DNA from: an uncultured Polaribacter sp.
GTDB lineage: Bacteria; Bacteroidota; Bacteroidia; Flavobacteriales; Flavobacteriaceae
DNA length: 64,000 nucleotides
Assembly (NCBI GenBank): GCA_963975825.1
Contig: CAXBIR010000001.1
Coordinates: 26,699-90,698 of the forward strand
Direction: 5' to 3'
The position numbers were made by a program, and so were the translations under genes. Below the pieces are notes generated by a model that searched no databases, was not told where the DNA came from, and worked only from the letters and a program-made list of their open reading frames with translations. Of the stretch, positions 10,560 through 19,357 are shown in pieces. Position 1 is the stretch's first letter; every line of letters begins with the position of its first letter.

Positions 10560-12251
10560 ATGAGCGACGATAAGAAAGTAATCTTTTCGATGAATAAGTT
10601 GTCTAAAACTTATCAATCTACAGGTAAACAAGTTTTAAAAGATATTTATTTAAGTTTTTTCTACGGAGCAAAAATTGGTATTCTTGGTTTAAACGGATCA
10701 GGTAAATCAACTTTATTAAAAATTATTGCAGGTGTAGAAAAGAATTTTCAAGGTGATGTAACTTTTGCTCCAGGGTATAAAGTTGGATACTTAGAACAAG
10801 AGCCACAATTAGATCCAGAAAAAACAGTTTTAGAAATTGTAAAAGAAGGAGTTGCAGAAACAGTTGCAATTTTAGATGAGTACAATAAAATAAACGACAT
10901 GTTTGGTTTGGAAGAAGTGTATTCTGATGCAGATAAGATGGATAAACTAATGGCACAGCAAGCAGTATTGCAAGATAAAATTGATGCTGCTAATGCGTGG
11001 GAATTAGATACCAAATTAGAAATTGCAATGGATGCTTTAAGAACTCCAGATTCTGATAAGAAAATTGGAGTACTTTCTGGTGGTGAAAAAAGACGTGTTG
11101 CCTTATGTAGATTGTTGTTACAAGAACCAGAAATTTTATTATTAGATGAGCCTACCAACCACTTAGATGCAGAATCTGTACACTGGTTAGAGCATCATTT
11201 AGCACAATATAAAGGAACTGTAATTGCTGTAACGCATGATAGATATTTCTTAGATAATGTTGCTGGTTGGATTTTAGAGTTAGATAGAGGAGAGGGAATA
11301 CCTTGGAAAGGAAATTATGCTGAATGGTTAGATCAAAAATCTAAGCGTATGGCACAAGAAAGCAAAACAGCTTCTAAACGACAAAAAACATTAGAAAGAG
11401 AATTAGATTGGGTTCGTCAAGGTGCAAAAGGTCGTCAAACAAAGCAAAAAGCGCGTTTGAAGAATTATGACAAATTAATGAGTCAAGATCAGAAGCAAAC
11501 AGATGAGAAATTAGAAATATACATTCCTAATGGACCACGTTTGGGAACAAATGTTATTGAAGCTTCAGGTGTCTCTAAAGCTTTTGGAGAAAAACTATTA
11601 TATGATAATTTAGAGTTTAATCTACCACAAGCAGGAATTGTAGGTATTATTGGTCCCAATGGAGCTGGTAAAACTACTATTTTTAAAATGATTATGGGAG
11701 AAGAAACTCCTGATGCAGGAAGTTTTAGTGTAGGTGAAACTGCTAAAATAGCTTATGTAGATCAAGCGCATTCAGATATTAACCCAGACAAAACAATTTG
11801 GGAAAACTTTTCTGACGGACAAGATTTAGTAATGATGGGAGGTAAGCAAGTAAATTCTAGAGCTTATTTAAGTCGTTTTAATTTCTCTGGAAGTGAGCAA
11901 AATAAAAAAGTAAATACACTTTCTGGTGGAGAGCGTAATCGTTTGCATTTAGCAATGACTTTAAAGGAAGAAGGTAACGTGTTGTTATTAGATGAGCCAA
12001 CAAATGATTTGGATGTAAATACATTAAGAGCATTAGAAGAAGGTTTAGATAATTTTGCAGGTTGTGCAGTAATAATTAGTCACGATAGATGGTTTTTAGA
12101 TAGAGTATGTACGCATATTTTAGCTTTTGAAGGTAATAGTGAAGTATATTTCTTTGAGGGATCTTTCTCTGATTATGAAGAAAATAAAAAGAGCCGTTTA
12201 GGTGGAGATTTAATGCCTAAGCGACTTAAGTATAAGAAGTTGATTAGATAG
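10560..12251 (+). CDS. ettA: Energy-dependent translational throttle protein (ABC-F)
   Basis: Two ABC domains (GLNGSGKS and GPNGAGKT; LSGGE twice), a PtIM linker and LELDRG..PWKGNY. Confidence 0.92.
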   Translation: MSDDKKVIFSMNKLSKTYQSTGKQVLKDIYLSFFYGAKIGILGLNGSGKSTLLKIIAGVEKNFQGDVTFAPGYKVGYLEQEPQLDPEKTVLEIVKEGVAETVAILDEYNKINDMFGLEEVYSDADKMDKLMAQQAVLQDKIDAANAWELDTKLEIAMDALRTPDSDKKIGVLSGGEKRRVALCRLLLQEPEILLLDEPTNHLDAESVHWLEHHLAQYKGTVIAVTHDRYFLDNVAGWILELDRGEGIPWKGNYAEWLDQKSKRMAQESKTASKRQKTLERELDWVRQGAKGRQTKQKARLKNYDKLMSQDQKQTDEKLEIYIPNGPRLGTNVIEASGVSKAFGEKLLYDNLEFNLPQAGIVGIIGPNGAGKTTIFKMIMGEETPDAGSFSVGETAKIAYVDQAHSDINPDKTIWENFSDGQDLVMMGGKQVNSRAYLSRFNFSGSEQNKKVNTLSGGERNRLHLAMTLKEEGNVLLLDEPTNDLDVNTLRALEEGLDNFAGCAVIISHDRWFLDRVCTHILAFEGNSEVYFFEGSFSDYEENKKSRLGGDLMPKRLKYKKLIR

Positions 12252-12269
12252 TGTTTAATTAATCTTTAT

Positions 12270-12308
12270 AAAAAAAAAGCAGCTAATTTAATTAGCTGCT
12301 TTTTTTTT
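12270..12308. terminator. Bidirectional intrinsic terminator after ettA
   Basis: A9-GCAGCTAAT-TTA-ATTAGCTGC-T9. Confidence 0.85.
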
Positions 12309-12431
12309 ATAAGAGGTTTTTCTTTTCCCTATTACTATTTATAAATGTAGAAATAAGGTGTTAACCTGGTTTTCATTAGAAAGTTTAAATTAGTTGTCTA
12401 ACAATACTTTCTAAAACGTAATTATTAATTA

Positions 12432-12464
12432 AAAAGCCTTATCTCTATTAAAGATAAGGCTTTT
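12432..12464 (-). terminator. Intrinsic terminator, probably for the 12578-13492 gene
   Basis: AAAAGCCTTATCT-CTATTAA-AGATAAGGCTTTT. Confidence 0.7.
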
Positions 12465-12577
12465 AACTTTTACTTTTTCTATTGCAATAAGTAGTTAGTT
12501 CATAAATAAATTCATTTTATTTACATTACAAAATTAGTATAAATACTTTTTTTATTTATGGGTATAAATACCTGTTT

Positions 12578-13492
12578 TTAACTTCTTCTACGATTAGTAT
12601 TTACTTCTTTCTTTTTATCTGTTTTTCTAACAGTAGATTTTCTAGTGTTATCTTTTTTAATTACTGTATTTCTAGAATTTGCTTTTCTAACGATAGGTTT
12701 TTTAACACTCTCAATTTTTCTTCTAGTATTTACATTGTTATTACCTCTAGTATTTGTAACTCTGTTAGACCTTGTATCTAGTTTTCTATCTGTGTTAGAT
12801 TTTCTGTAAGAAACATGTTCACGTTTTTTATATGTGTTGTTATTTCTATTTGTAGAAACTGGTTTTCTTCTTTTTAAAATCTTACTTTTATTACCAATTT
12901 TAGCATTTCTATTAGATTTGTAGTAATAATATCTATTGTCTTCTCTAAACTTTGTGTAGTTTCTTTTAAAATCATTCTTAAAAAAGAAAGCATCATTATA
13001 ACTCCAGATAGTTCCTAAGTTTAGGTTTATTCTAACACCATTATCATAATAGTAATTGTCTTTTACATTTCCATAAAATACAGGATCTCCAAATCTATTA
13101 TATTCAACATTTAAATTACCAACTCTAGTTAATCTATTTCTGTAATACCTCATATATGTATTACCAATTCTAGATACATTTCCTTTATAATCATAACTAA
13201 TTCCAACAGAACCAACACGTCTAACTCTACCTCTGTAATCTCTATCTATTGATACGTTGTTTCTTCTTACTCTTACTCCGTTATAGTTGTAATAAGCATC
13301 ATTAAAATTAGCATCAAAATCAAAATCTCCGTTAGTGAAAATAAAAAATTCTACACCTCTTTCTATAAAGTTTACAGAGTTATCATAAGAGTACATAACC
13401 CCAATGTTGTTTGGTAAATAATTGCCGTTTTTGGCTTCAACAGTAGAAACCATCATGAACATTCCTATTAATATAAGTACACCTTTTTTCAT
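12578..13492 (-). CDS. Hypothetical exported protein with ~16-aa beta-hairpin repeats and a Lys/Arg/Asn-rich tail
   Basis: CAT at 13490-13492; signal peptide; four repeats ending R(V/I)G or similar; basic C-terminal ~100 aa. Confidence 0.75.
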   Translation of the reverse strand: MKKGVLILIGMFMMVSTVEAKNGNYLPNNIGVMYSYDNSVNFIERGVEFFIFTNGDFDFDANFNDAYYNYNGVRVRRNNVSIDRDYRGRVRRVGSVGISYDYKGNVSRIGNTYMRYYRNRLTRVGNLNVEYNRFGDPVFYGNVKDNYYYDNGVRINLNLGTIWSYNDAFFFKNDFKRNYTKFREDNRYYYYKSNRNAKIGNKSKILKRRKPVSTNRNNNTYKKREHVSYRKSNTDRKLDTRSNRVTNTRGNNNVNTRRKIESVKKPIVRKANSRNTVIKKDNTRKSTVRKTDKKKEVNTNRRRS

Positions 13493-13558
13493 AATATATG
13501 GTTTTAAGGGTTTTGTCTACTCTAATTGCTTTTCGACTTCCGCATTTGATTTAGTATT

Positions 13559-13575
13559 TTCAAAGAACGTGCCAA
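13559..13575 (-). promoter_or_regulatory. sigma54-like -24/-12 element upstream of the 304-aa gene
   Basis: Minus strand TTGGCACGTTCTTTGAA: GG-N10-GA, compared with consensus YTGGCACGRNNNTTGCW. Confidence 0.45.
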
Positions 13576-13723
13576 AAAAATATTAAGTTGTTTGTGTAAT
13601 GTTGTTTTTGTTGAAAAATTAATATTTAATTAATTGTTTTTTAGGGATTTATGTTTTTTATAAATTCGCTTAAAACTCGTAAATTACAAGAAGTTTTTAC
13701 GACCATTAAAAGAAATAAAATTT

Positions 13724-14221
13724 ATGATTGAAGCTATTGAGCAAAATTTACAAAAAGGGATTCAACTATTAAAAAATATTTCTGATGAACAATATTCAAA
13801 TAAATCTGTAGCACCATATAATTCTAGTATTGGTTGTCATATGCGCCACATACTAGATGTTTTTTCTTGTGTTTTTAAAGGTTTAGACAATGGTTTAATA
13901 GATTTATCTGTAAGAGAAAGAAATGAATGTGCAGAAAAAGAGACATTAGTTGGTATTCAGTATTTTGAATTAATACTAAATCAGTTAGAAAAAATAAATA
14001 AAGAAGATTTTTATAATGAAATAAAAGTGATTGATGATATGGGTTTGGGAAAAGAAACGGCTAATTATACAGTTGGTGCTATTCTAATGCAAGCGCAAAG
14101 TCATGCTACACACCATTATGCAAGCATTGGTTATTTAGTTTATCAATTGGGTATTAAATTACCAAGCTCTAATTTTGGTTTTAACCCTACAACACCTAAA
14201 AAAATTGAAGTTAAGTTTTAG
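13724..14221 (+). CDS. DinB family protein
   Basis: SIGCHMRHILD and HATHHYA His motifs; FGFNPTT tail. Confidence 0.8.
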   Translation: MIEAIEQNLQKGIQLLKNISDEQYSNKSVAPYNSSIGCHMRHILDVFSCVFKGLDNGLIDLSVRERNECAEKETLVGIQYFELILNQLEKINKEDFYNEIKVIDDMGLGKETANYTVGAILMQAQSHATHHYASIGYLVYQLGIKLPSSNFGFNPTTPKKIEVKF

Positions 14222-14248
14222 AGAATATTAACATTATTATCTTGTAAG

Positions 14249-14265
14249 CTGGCATATATATTGTA
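14249..14265 (+). promoter_or_regulatory. sigma54-like -24/-12 element upstream of the serine hydrolase-NTT operon
   Basis: CTGGCATATATATTGTA: GG-N10-GT, 35 nt before the ATG at 14300. Confidence 0.4.
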
Positions 14266-14299
14266 TTATAAGTATAGTTATTAATAAAAATAAATAATT

Positions 14300-15211
14300 A
14301 TGTATTTACAGAAAATTAAGAAGCATTTATTAACAGTAACTTTATTAATATTCTCTATAGTTATCTATGGGCAAAATACTTTACCTATTAGTCATGTTGA
14401 CGATATTGATCCAATTTCGGGAATAGAAGACGTAGAACTTAAAGCAATACTTGTAAAAGAAATAAACTCTAATAAAAAATGGAAACGTTTAGTTGCGGGT
14501 AAACAAATGTCTTTAGGAATTGTAGATCTTAGTAATCCTAATAAATTTAGGTATGCAGGTATGAATGATAATTTTATGATGTATGCTGCAAGTTTACCTA
14601 AAATAGCTATTTTATTAGCAGCCATGGATGCTATAGAAAATGGAGAAATGGAATATACAGATGAAATTAAAAAAGATTTACGATTAATGATAAGTAAATC
14701 GAATAACCAAGCATCTACAAGAATGATTGATAGACTTGGTTATAAAAAAATTGAAGATGTTCTAAGAGCTCCAAAAAATAAATTATATGATGAGAATGTA
14801 GGAGGAGGTCTTTGGGTTGGTAAAAGGTATGCAGCATCTGGTAAGAGAAACCCAGACCCATTAAAAGGGCTTAGTCATGCAGCAACAACAAGACAGGTTT
14901 GTAGTTTTTATTACCAATTAGCGTTAGGTAATTTAATTAGCACAGAACGTTCTGCAGAAATGTTAGAAATTATGAAAGATCCTAAATTACATCATAAGTT
15001 TGTAAACACGTTAGATAAAATAGCACCCAAAGCAACTATTTATAGAAAATCTGGTTCTTGGAGAAACTATCATTCAGATTCTGCATTAGTTTGGGGACCA
15101 GAAAGAAAATATATTATTGTAGCTTTAATAGACAATGATTATGGTGAACAAATTATTAGAAATTTAGTAAAACCGCTAGAAAAGGTATTAAAAAAAGAAC
15201 GTTCTTTATAG
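14300..15211 (+). CDS. Exported serine hydrolase, class A beta-lactamase/PBP fold
   Basis: Signal peptide ...IYG|Q; SLPK (SxxK, Ser98), SNN (SxN) and KSG motifs. Confidence 0.85.
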   Translation: MYLQKIKKHLLTVTLLIFSIVIYGQNTLPISHVDDIDPISGIEDVELKAILVKEINSNKKWKRLVAGKQMSLGIVDLSNPNKFRYAGMNDNFMMYAASLPKIAILLAAMDAIENGEMEYTDEIKKDLRLMISKSNNQASTRMIDRLGYKKIEDVLRAPKNKLYDENVGGGLWVGKRYAASGKRNPDPLKGLSHAATTRQVCSFYYQLALGNLISTERSAEMLEIMKDPKLHHKFVNTLDKIAPKATIYRKSGSWRNYHSDSALVWGPERKYIIVALIDNDYGEQIIRNLVKPLEKVLKKERSL

Positions 15212-15232
15212 TCTACTATATGAAGTAAAACT

Positions 15233-18046
15233 GTGAGAAAAATTATAACAAAAACTTTTGGCTTAAGAGATGATGAAATACGCATCTCTTTTTTAATGCT
15301 CTTATATATCTTTATAGTTATTACTGTTTTGTTAATTGTAAAACCTACAGTTAATGCACTTTTTGTTTCCAAATTAGGCGCAGATAATTTACCATTTGGT
15401 TATTTATTAGTAGCAAGTGTTGCTGTTTTATCATCTTATTTTTACAATAAAGCAATTAGAGTTTTTTCGCTTGTTAAAGTAACAGTAATATCTCTTATTG
15501 TTTTTTGCTTAGCTTTTATAGCTCTTGGTTTAGTTATTAAGTATGCTTTAGTAAATACTTGGGTTCTGTATTTTTACTATACTTTTATTTCTCTTTTTGC
15601 TGTGGTTGCAACATCGCAATTTTGGTTGTTTGCCAATATGGTTTTTAATGCTAGAGAAGCAAAAAGAAATTTTGGTTTTATTGGAGCAGGAGCCATTGCT
15701 GGAGGAATTTTTGGTGGCTATTTAACAAGTATAATTGCTACAACATTTGGTAATGAATTTGCTATTTTTCTTTCAGCAATATTAATTTTACTTTGTATTC
15801 CTATTTTAAAGAAAGTATATAATTTAAAAATTAAGTTTTTAAATACCTTTAAGAGAAAACAAGTAATTGCAGACCAAGAAAATTTAGAAAGTTCTTCTTT
15901 AAGACTAATTTTAAAATCTAAACATCTAACGTATATTGCTTTAATTACCGGAATTGGAGTAGTTGTTGCAAAGTTGGTAGATTTTCAGTTTAGCGATTTT
16001 GCTCAAAAAGCAATGCCAGATTCTGATGATTTAGCCGCTTTTTTTGGTTTTTGGTTCTCAACTTTTAATGTTTTAGCATTGGTTATTCAACTATTTTTAA
16101 CCAACAAGATATTAACTAAATTAGGTGTTTCATCAACTTTATTAATTTTACCATTAACAATTGCACTTGGAAGTTTATTATTTTTAACGTTTCCAGAACT
16201 TTGGGTTTTAATTATTATAAAAGGTATAGATGGTAGTGCAAAACAATCTGTTAATAAAGCGGCCGTAGAATTGTCTATTATGCCAATTCCTATTCAAATT
16301 AAAAACCAAGCAAAATCTTATATAGATGTTGTTATAGATAGTGTTGCTACAGGTTTTGCAGGCTTTTTATTAATTTTTTTAATTAAAAGATTAGACTTAG
16401 ATACCTCTTATATTACCGTAATTATTTTACTATTCACCTTTGTTTGGATTCTCTTTATTTATCGTTTAAGAGAAGCTTACTTTTCTTCTTTTAAAGAAAA
16501 TATTCAAAAAACATTAACTACAGAATTCAATAAAAGTAAAAAGAATGAAAATACAATTTCAGACATTAAAAGTATATTTATTAACGGAGATGAAACTTCT
16601 ATTTTAAACGCATTAGATCGACTAAAAGATTACAAACAATCTTCTTTTAATAACTCTGTGGTAAAGCTGTTAGAGCATCCTTCAAATAAAGTAAAAGCAA
16701 GAGCAATAGAGTACTTAGATGCTTTTGAAGAGGTAGATGTTTTAGGTAAAATTGAAGAACTAGTTTATGTTAAAGACGACTTGTTAGTATATGTTTCTTT
16801 AGATTATATTTTAGCGCATTCGCCAATTACAGATGAGTCGTTTTTTAATAAATATTTAAATCATACTAATGAATATATTTCTAACGGAGCTTTACTTTCT
16901 TTATCTAAACAGAGTTTTAATAATGCTAAATTAGGTAATAAATACAATGTTTTAAGCAGATTAGAAGAGAAGGTAATAGCTTTAAATAAAGGCGATTTAT
17001 CTGATAGAAAAGAAGTTTTAGCAGGTTTATTAATGAGTATAGCTTATGCTAGAATGACTGATTATTATCATTTGATAAGCAAACATTTAAAAGATGAAAA
17101 TTCTTACATTGTTAAATTCGCAACAATTTCTGCAGGAATTACTTCTGATGAGATATTTATTGAAGATTTGTTAGATTTACTGTCAGTAAAAAAACACAGA
17201 AAAAGGGCCATTAAAGCACTCAGAAATTATGGACCAAAAATTATTGATTTTATATTTAAGTTAGATAAAAAAGGAATTTTAAAACCATCAACAAAAAAGT
17301 ATCTTCCTAAGATTATAGAATCTTTTAATAACGAAAAAGCATTAAGAGTTTTAATACGCCTTTTAAGAAATAAAAATGCTTTAACAAGGTTATATGCTTC
17401 TAACTCATTAATAAAAATACTTAAGAAAAACACTAATTTGTCTGTTGCTCCTAGAGTTATTAAAAACCAAATTTTAAGAGAAAGTAGTTATTATAAAAAT
17501 ACTTTAGAAATTATAGCTTCTTTACAACACTTAATTAACAAAGATCTTGATAATAAAGAGGGTTTAGAACTTTGTGAAGCAAGAGTAAATTTAATACCAG
17601 AATTAGAAATTTTACTAGACAATAATTTAAAATGCATTTTTAACTTACTAAGTCTTGTTTATAATGAAGAAGACATAAAAATGACTTATGTTGGTATACA
17701 AAGTGAAATAAAAGATGCTAAAATTAATTCTTTAGAGTTTTTAGATAATATTTTGCAGCGTAAAATAAAAACAATGATTTTACCAATTATAGAGCATTAT
17801 GTGGTTGATGATAAAAATTATAAATCTTCTGTTATAAATTTAAACATAATTAGAGAGAGAAAACTTTTACAGAGAATTGTAAGAATGGGTAATTTAAAAC
17901 TAAAAATTCTTGTTATTAAATACGTGGAAGTATCTAATAACAAGAATTTAATTGGTGTTTTGTTGCCGTTAAGTAAGTTTAAAAATATTGAAGTTAAAGA
18001 ATTGGCAACAAAAACATATCACTTATTTATTTCCAATAACAATTAA
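15233..18046 (+). CDS. NTT/TLC (Npt1/Npt2 ATP/ADP translocase family) transporter fused to a HEAT-like helical repeat domain
   Basis: GTG start; ~12 TM helices with FWLFAN..FNAREAKRNFG and IMPIP..IKNQAKSYIDVV; soluble C-terminal ~520 aa with LLEHPSNKVKARAIEYL-type repeats. Confidence 0.8.
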   Translation: MRKIITKTFGLRDDEIRISFLMLLYIFIVITVLLIVKPTVNALFVSKLGADNLPFGYLLVASVAVLSSYFYNKAIRVFSLVKVTVISLIVFCLAFIALGLVIKYALVNTWVLYFYYTFISLFAVVATSQFWLFANMVFNAREAKRNFGFIGAGAIAGGIFGGYLTSIIATTFGNEFAIFLSAILILLCIPILKKVYNLKIKFLNTFKRKQVIADQENLESSSLRLILKSKHLTYIALITGIGVVVAKLVDFQFSDFAQKAMPDSDDLAAFFGFWFSTFNVLALVIQLFLTNKILTKLGVSSTLLILPLTIALGSLLFLTFPELWVLIIIKGIDGSAKQSVNKAAVELSIMPIPIQIKNQAKSYIDVVIDSVATGFAGFLLIFLIKRLDLDTSYITVIILLFTFVWILFIYRLREAYFSSFKENIQKTLTTEFNKSKKNENTISDIKSIFINGDETSILNALDRLKDYKQSSFNNSVVKLLEHPSNKVKARAIEYLDAFEEVDVLGKIEELVYVKDDLLVYVSLDYILAHSPITDESFFNKYLNHTNEYISNGALLSLSKQSFNNAKLGNKYNVLSRLEEKVIALNKGDLSDRKEVLAGLLMSIAYARMTDYYHLISKHLKDENSYIVKFATISAGITSDEIFIEDLLDLLSVKKHRKRAIKALRNYGPKIIDFIFKLDKKGILKPSTKKYLPKIIESFNNEKALRVLIRLLRNKNALTRLYASNSLIKILKKNTNLSVAPRVIKNQILRESSYYKNTLEIIASLQHLINKDLDNKEGLELCEARVNLIPELEILLDNNLKCIFNLLSLVYNEEDIKMTYVGIQSEIKDAKINSLEFLDNILQRKIKTMILPIIEHYVVDDKNYKSSVINLNIIRERKLLQRIVRMGNLKLKILVIKYVEVSNNKNLIGVLLPLSKFKNIEVKELATKTYHLFISNNN

Positions 18047-19356
18047 TTGTCACTTTCATCTTTATCACTTTTATACTCCTCTTCTTTAATAACTGGTTTT
18101 TTAGCAACATTTGTTTCATCTATAATATCGTCTATTTTACTAGCCATGTACATGTGTGCCCCAGCAGAATTCTTATTTAAAACGTTAGACATTAAACAAA
18201 CAATGTATTTTAAACCATTAGGATGTTCTACTATAATTACAGAATTCATATAGTTAAAAACATTACCAGCGTAACTTTTACAATCAGGGTTTTTCTCTCT
18301 ATCACATTTGTAATAACTACCAGATTTAAAATAAACAGCTGCACTGTCTAACCTTGGCGATTTTGCATATCTAATTCTTCTATCCGTTAAATAAAGCAAT
18401 CTTTTCATCTCTAAACTAGATTCTTTATCTACCACATTACCTTGCTCTAATTGAACTAAAAACTTCATTAAACCTTTAGGCGTACCAATGCTTCCTCCTT
18501 TTCTACCTACATATTTTCCTGCAGGTCTTGTAAACATTCCTCCTAATTTCCATTCGTCTTCTTTAATACCTAGTTTTCTTAAAGGCTCATTAACAACAGA
18601 GTTAGCTAGGTTTGTAAGAGAATCTCTAGAAGTTTCTTTAAAGTAGTTTTCTGCTTTTTCTGCATCCAAGAAAAAGTAATCTTGTCCAAATGCAGCCATT
18701 AGCATAGCTTCTCTGTACATAACGCTTGCTGCGCCATTATTACTTACAGAAACCATATGATCTAACCACTCGTAAAGAGAAAATTCATCACTTGCAATTA
18801 CCTGTCTTTTGGTTAATTTATCTTTTTCAATATCGTAAACTGGTATTGTATGATGATCTCCTGTTCCCCAATATCTAGAAGTTACTTTTATATTTTTTAA
18901 ATATCCAGCTCTGTCTTCCCAAGAATTAGGGCAAAGTTTTTGTAGTTGATCAAAAACAGCTAATAAAACGGCTATTTTACCAACACTTCCTGGTTGGTAA
19001 CCTACATTTTCTCTATGTTCTGCGTATCTTAATTTGTCAGGATTACTCATATCCATAACTGTCATAGAATAAGCTCCTGCAGGAATAATTCTACTTAGTT
19101 TTCTTTCAAAATCTTTATCTACAACAAGTAAATCTTTAACACTATCTTTATTTCTATTAACTAAGTTTAATTTAATATCTGCTAATTTTTTATAAGCTCC
19201 AGCAGGTATTCTATTATACTTAACACTATCTAACTGAAATTTTCTAAGCTGATACAATCTTGCAATTCCTGTTGTTTCATACCCATCTATAGGGTATTTA
19301 ATAAAACCAAGTGATGTTACTATTAAAACGATTAATATGATGTTTTTTACTCTCAT
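18043..19356 (-). CDS. Exported serine hydrolase, class A beta-lactamase/PBP fold, with large insertion
   Basis: CAT at 19354-19356 (minus strand; track mislabelled). N-terminal signal/anchor; SVGK (Ser124), SNN and KSG motifs. Confidence 0.8.
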   Translation of the reverse strand: MRVKNIILIVLIVTSLGFIKYPIDGYETTGIARLYQLRKFQLDSVKYNRIPAGAYKKLADIKLNLVNRNKDSVKDLLVVDKDFERKLSRIIPAGAYSMTVMDMSNPDKLRYAEHRENVGYQPGSVGKIAVLLAVFDQLQKLCPNSWEDRAGYLKNIKVTSRYWGTGDHHTIPVYDIEKDKLTKRQVIASDEFSLYEWLDHMVSVSNNGAASVMYREAMLMAAFGQDYFFLDAEKAENYFKETSRDSLTNLANSVVNEPLRKLGIKEDEWKLGGMFTRPAGKYVGRKGGSIGTPKGLMKFLVQLEQGNVVDKESSLEMKRLLYLTDRRIRYAKSPRLDSAAVYFKSGSYYKCDREKNPDCKSYAGNVFNYMNSVIIVEHPNGLKYIVCLMSNVLNKNSAGAHMYMASKIDDIIDETNVAKKPVIKEEEYKSDKDESDN

Positions 19357-19357
19357 T

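Noticed and set aside
14300-19356. Calling the two SxxK proteins beta-lactam resistance genes
   Set aside because: The fold alone is insufficient, and no Glu166-type motif is evident.
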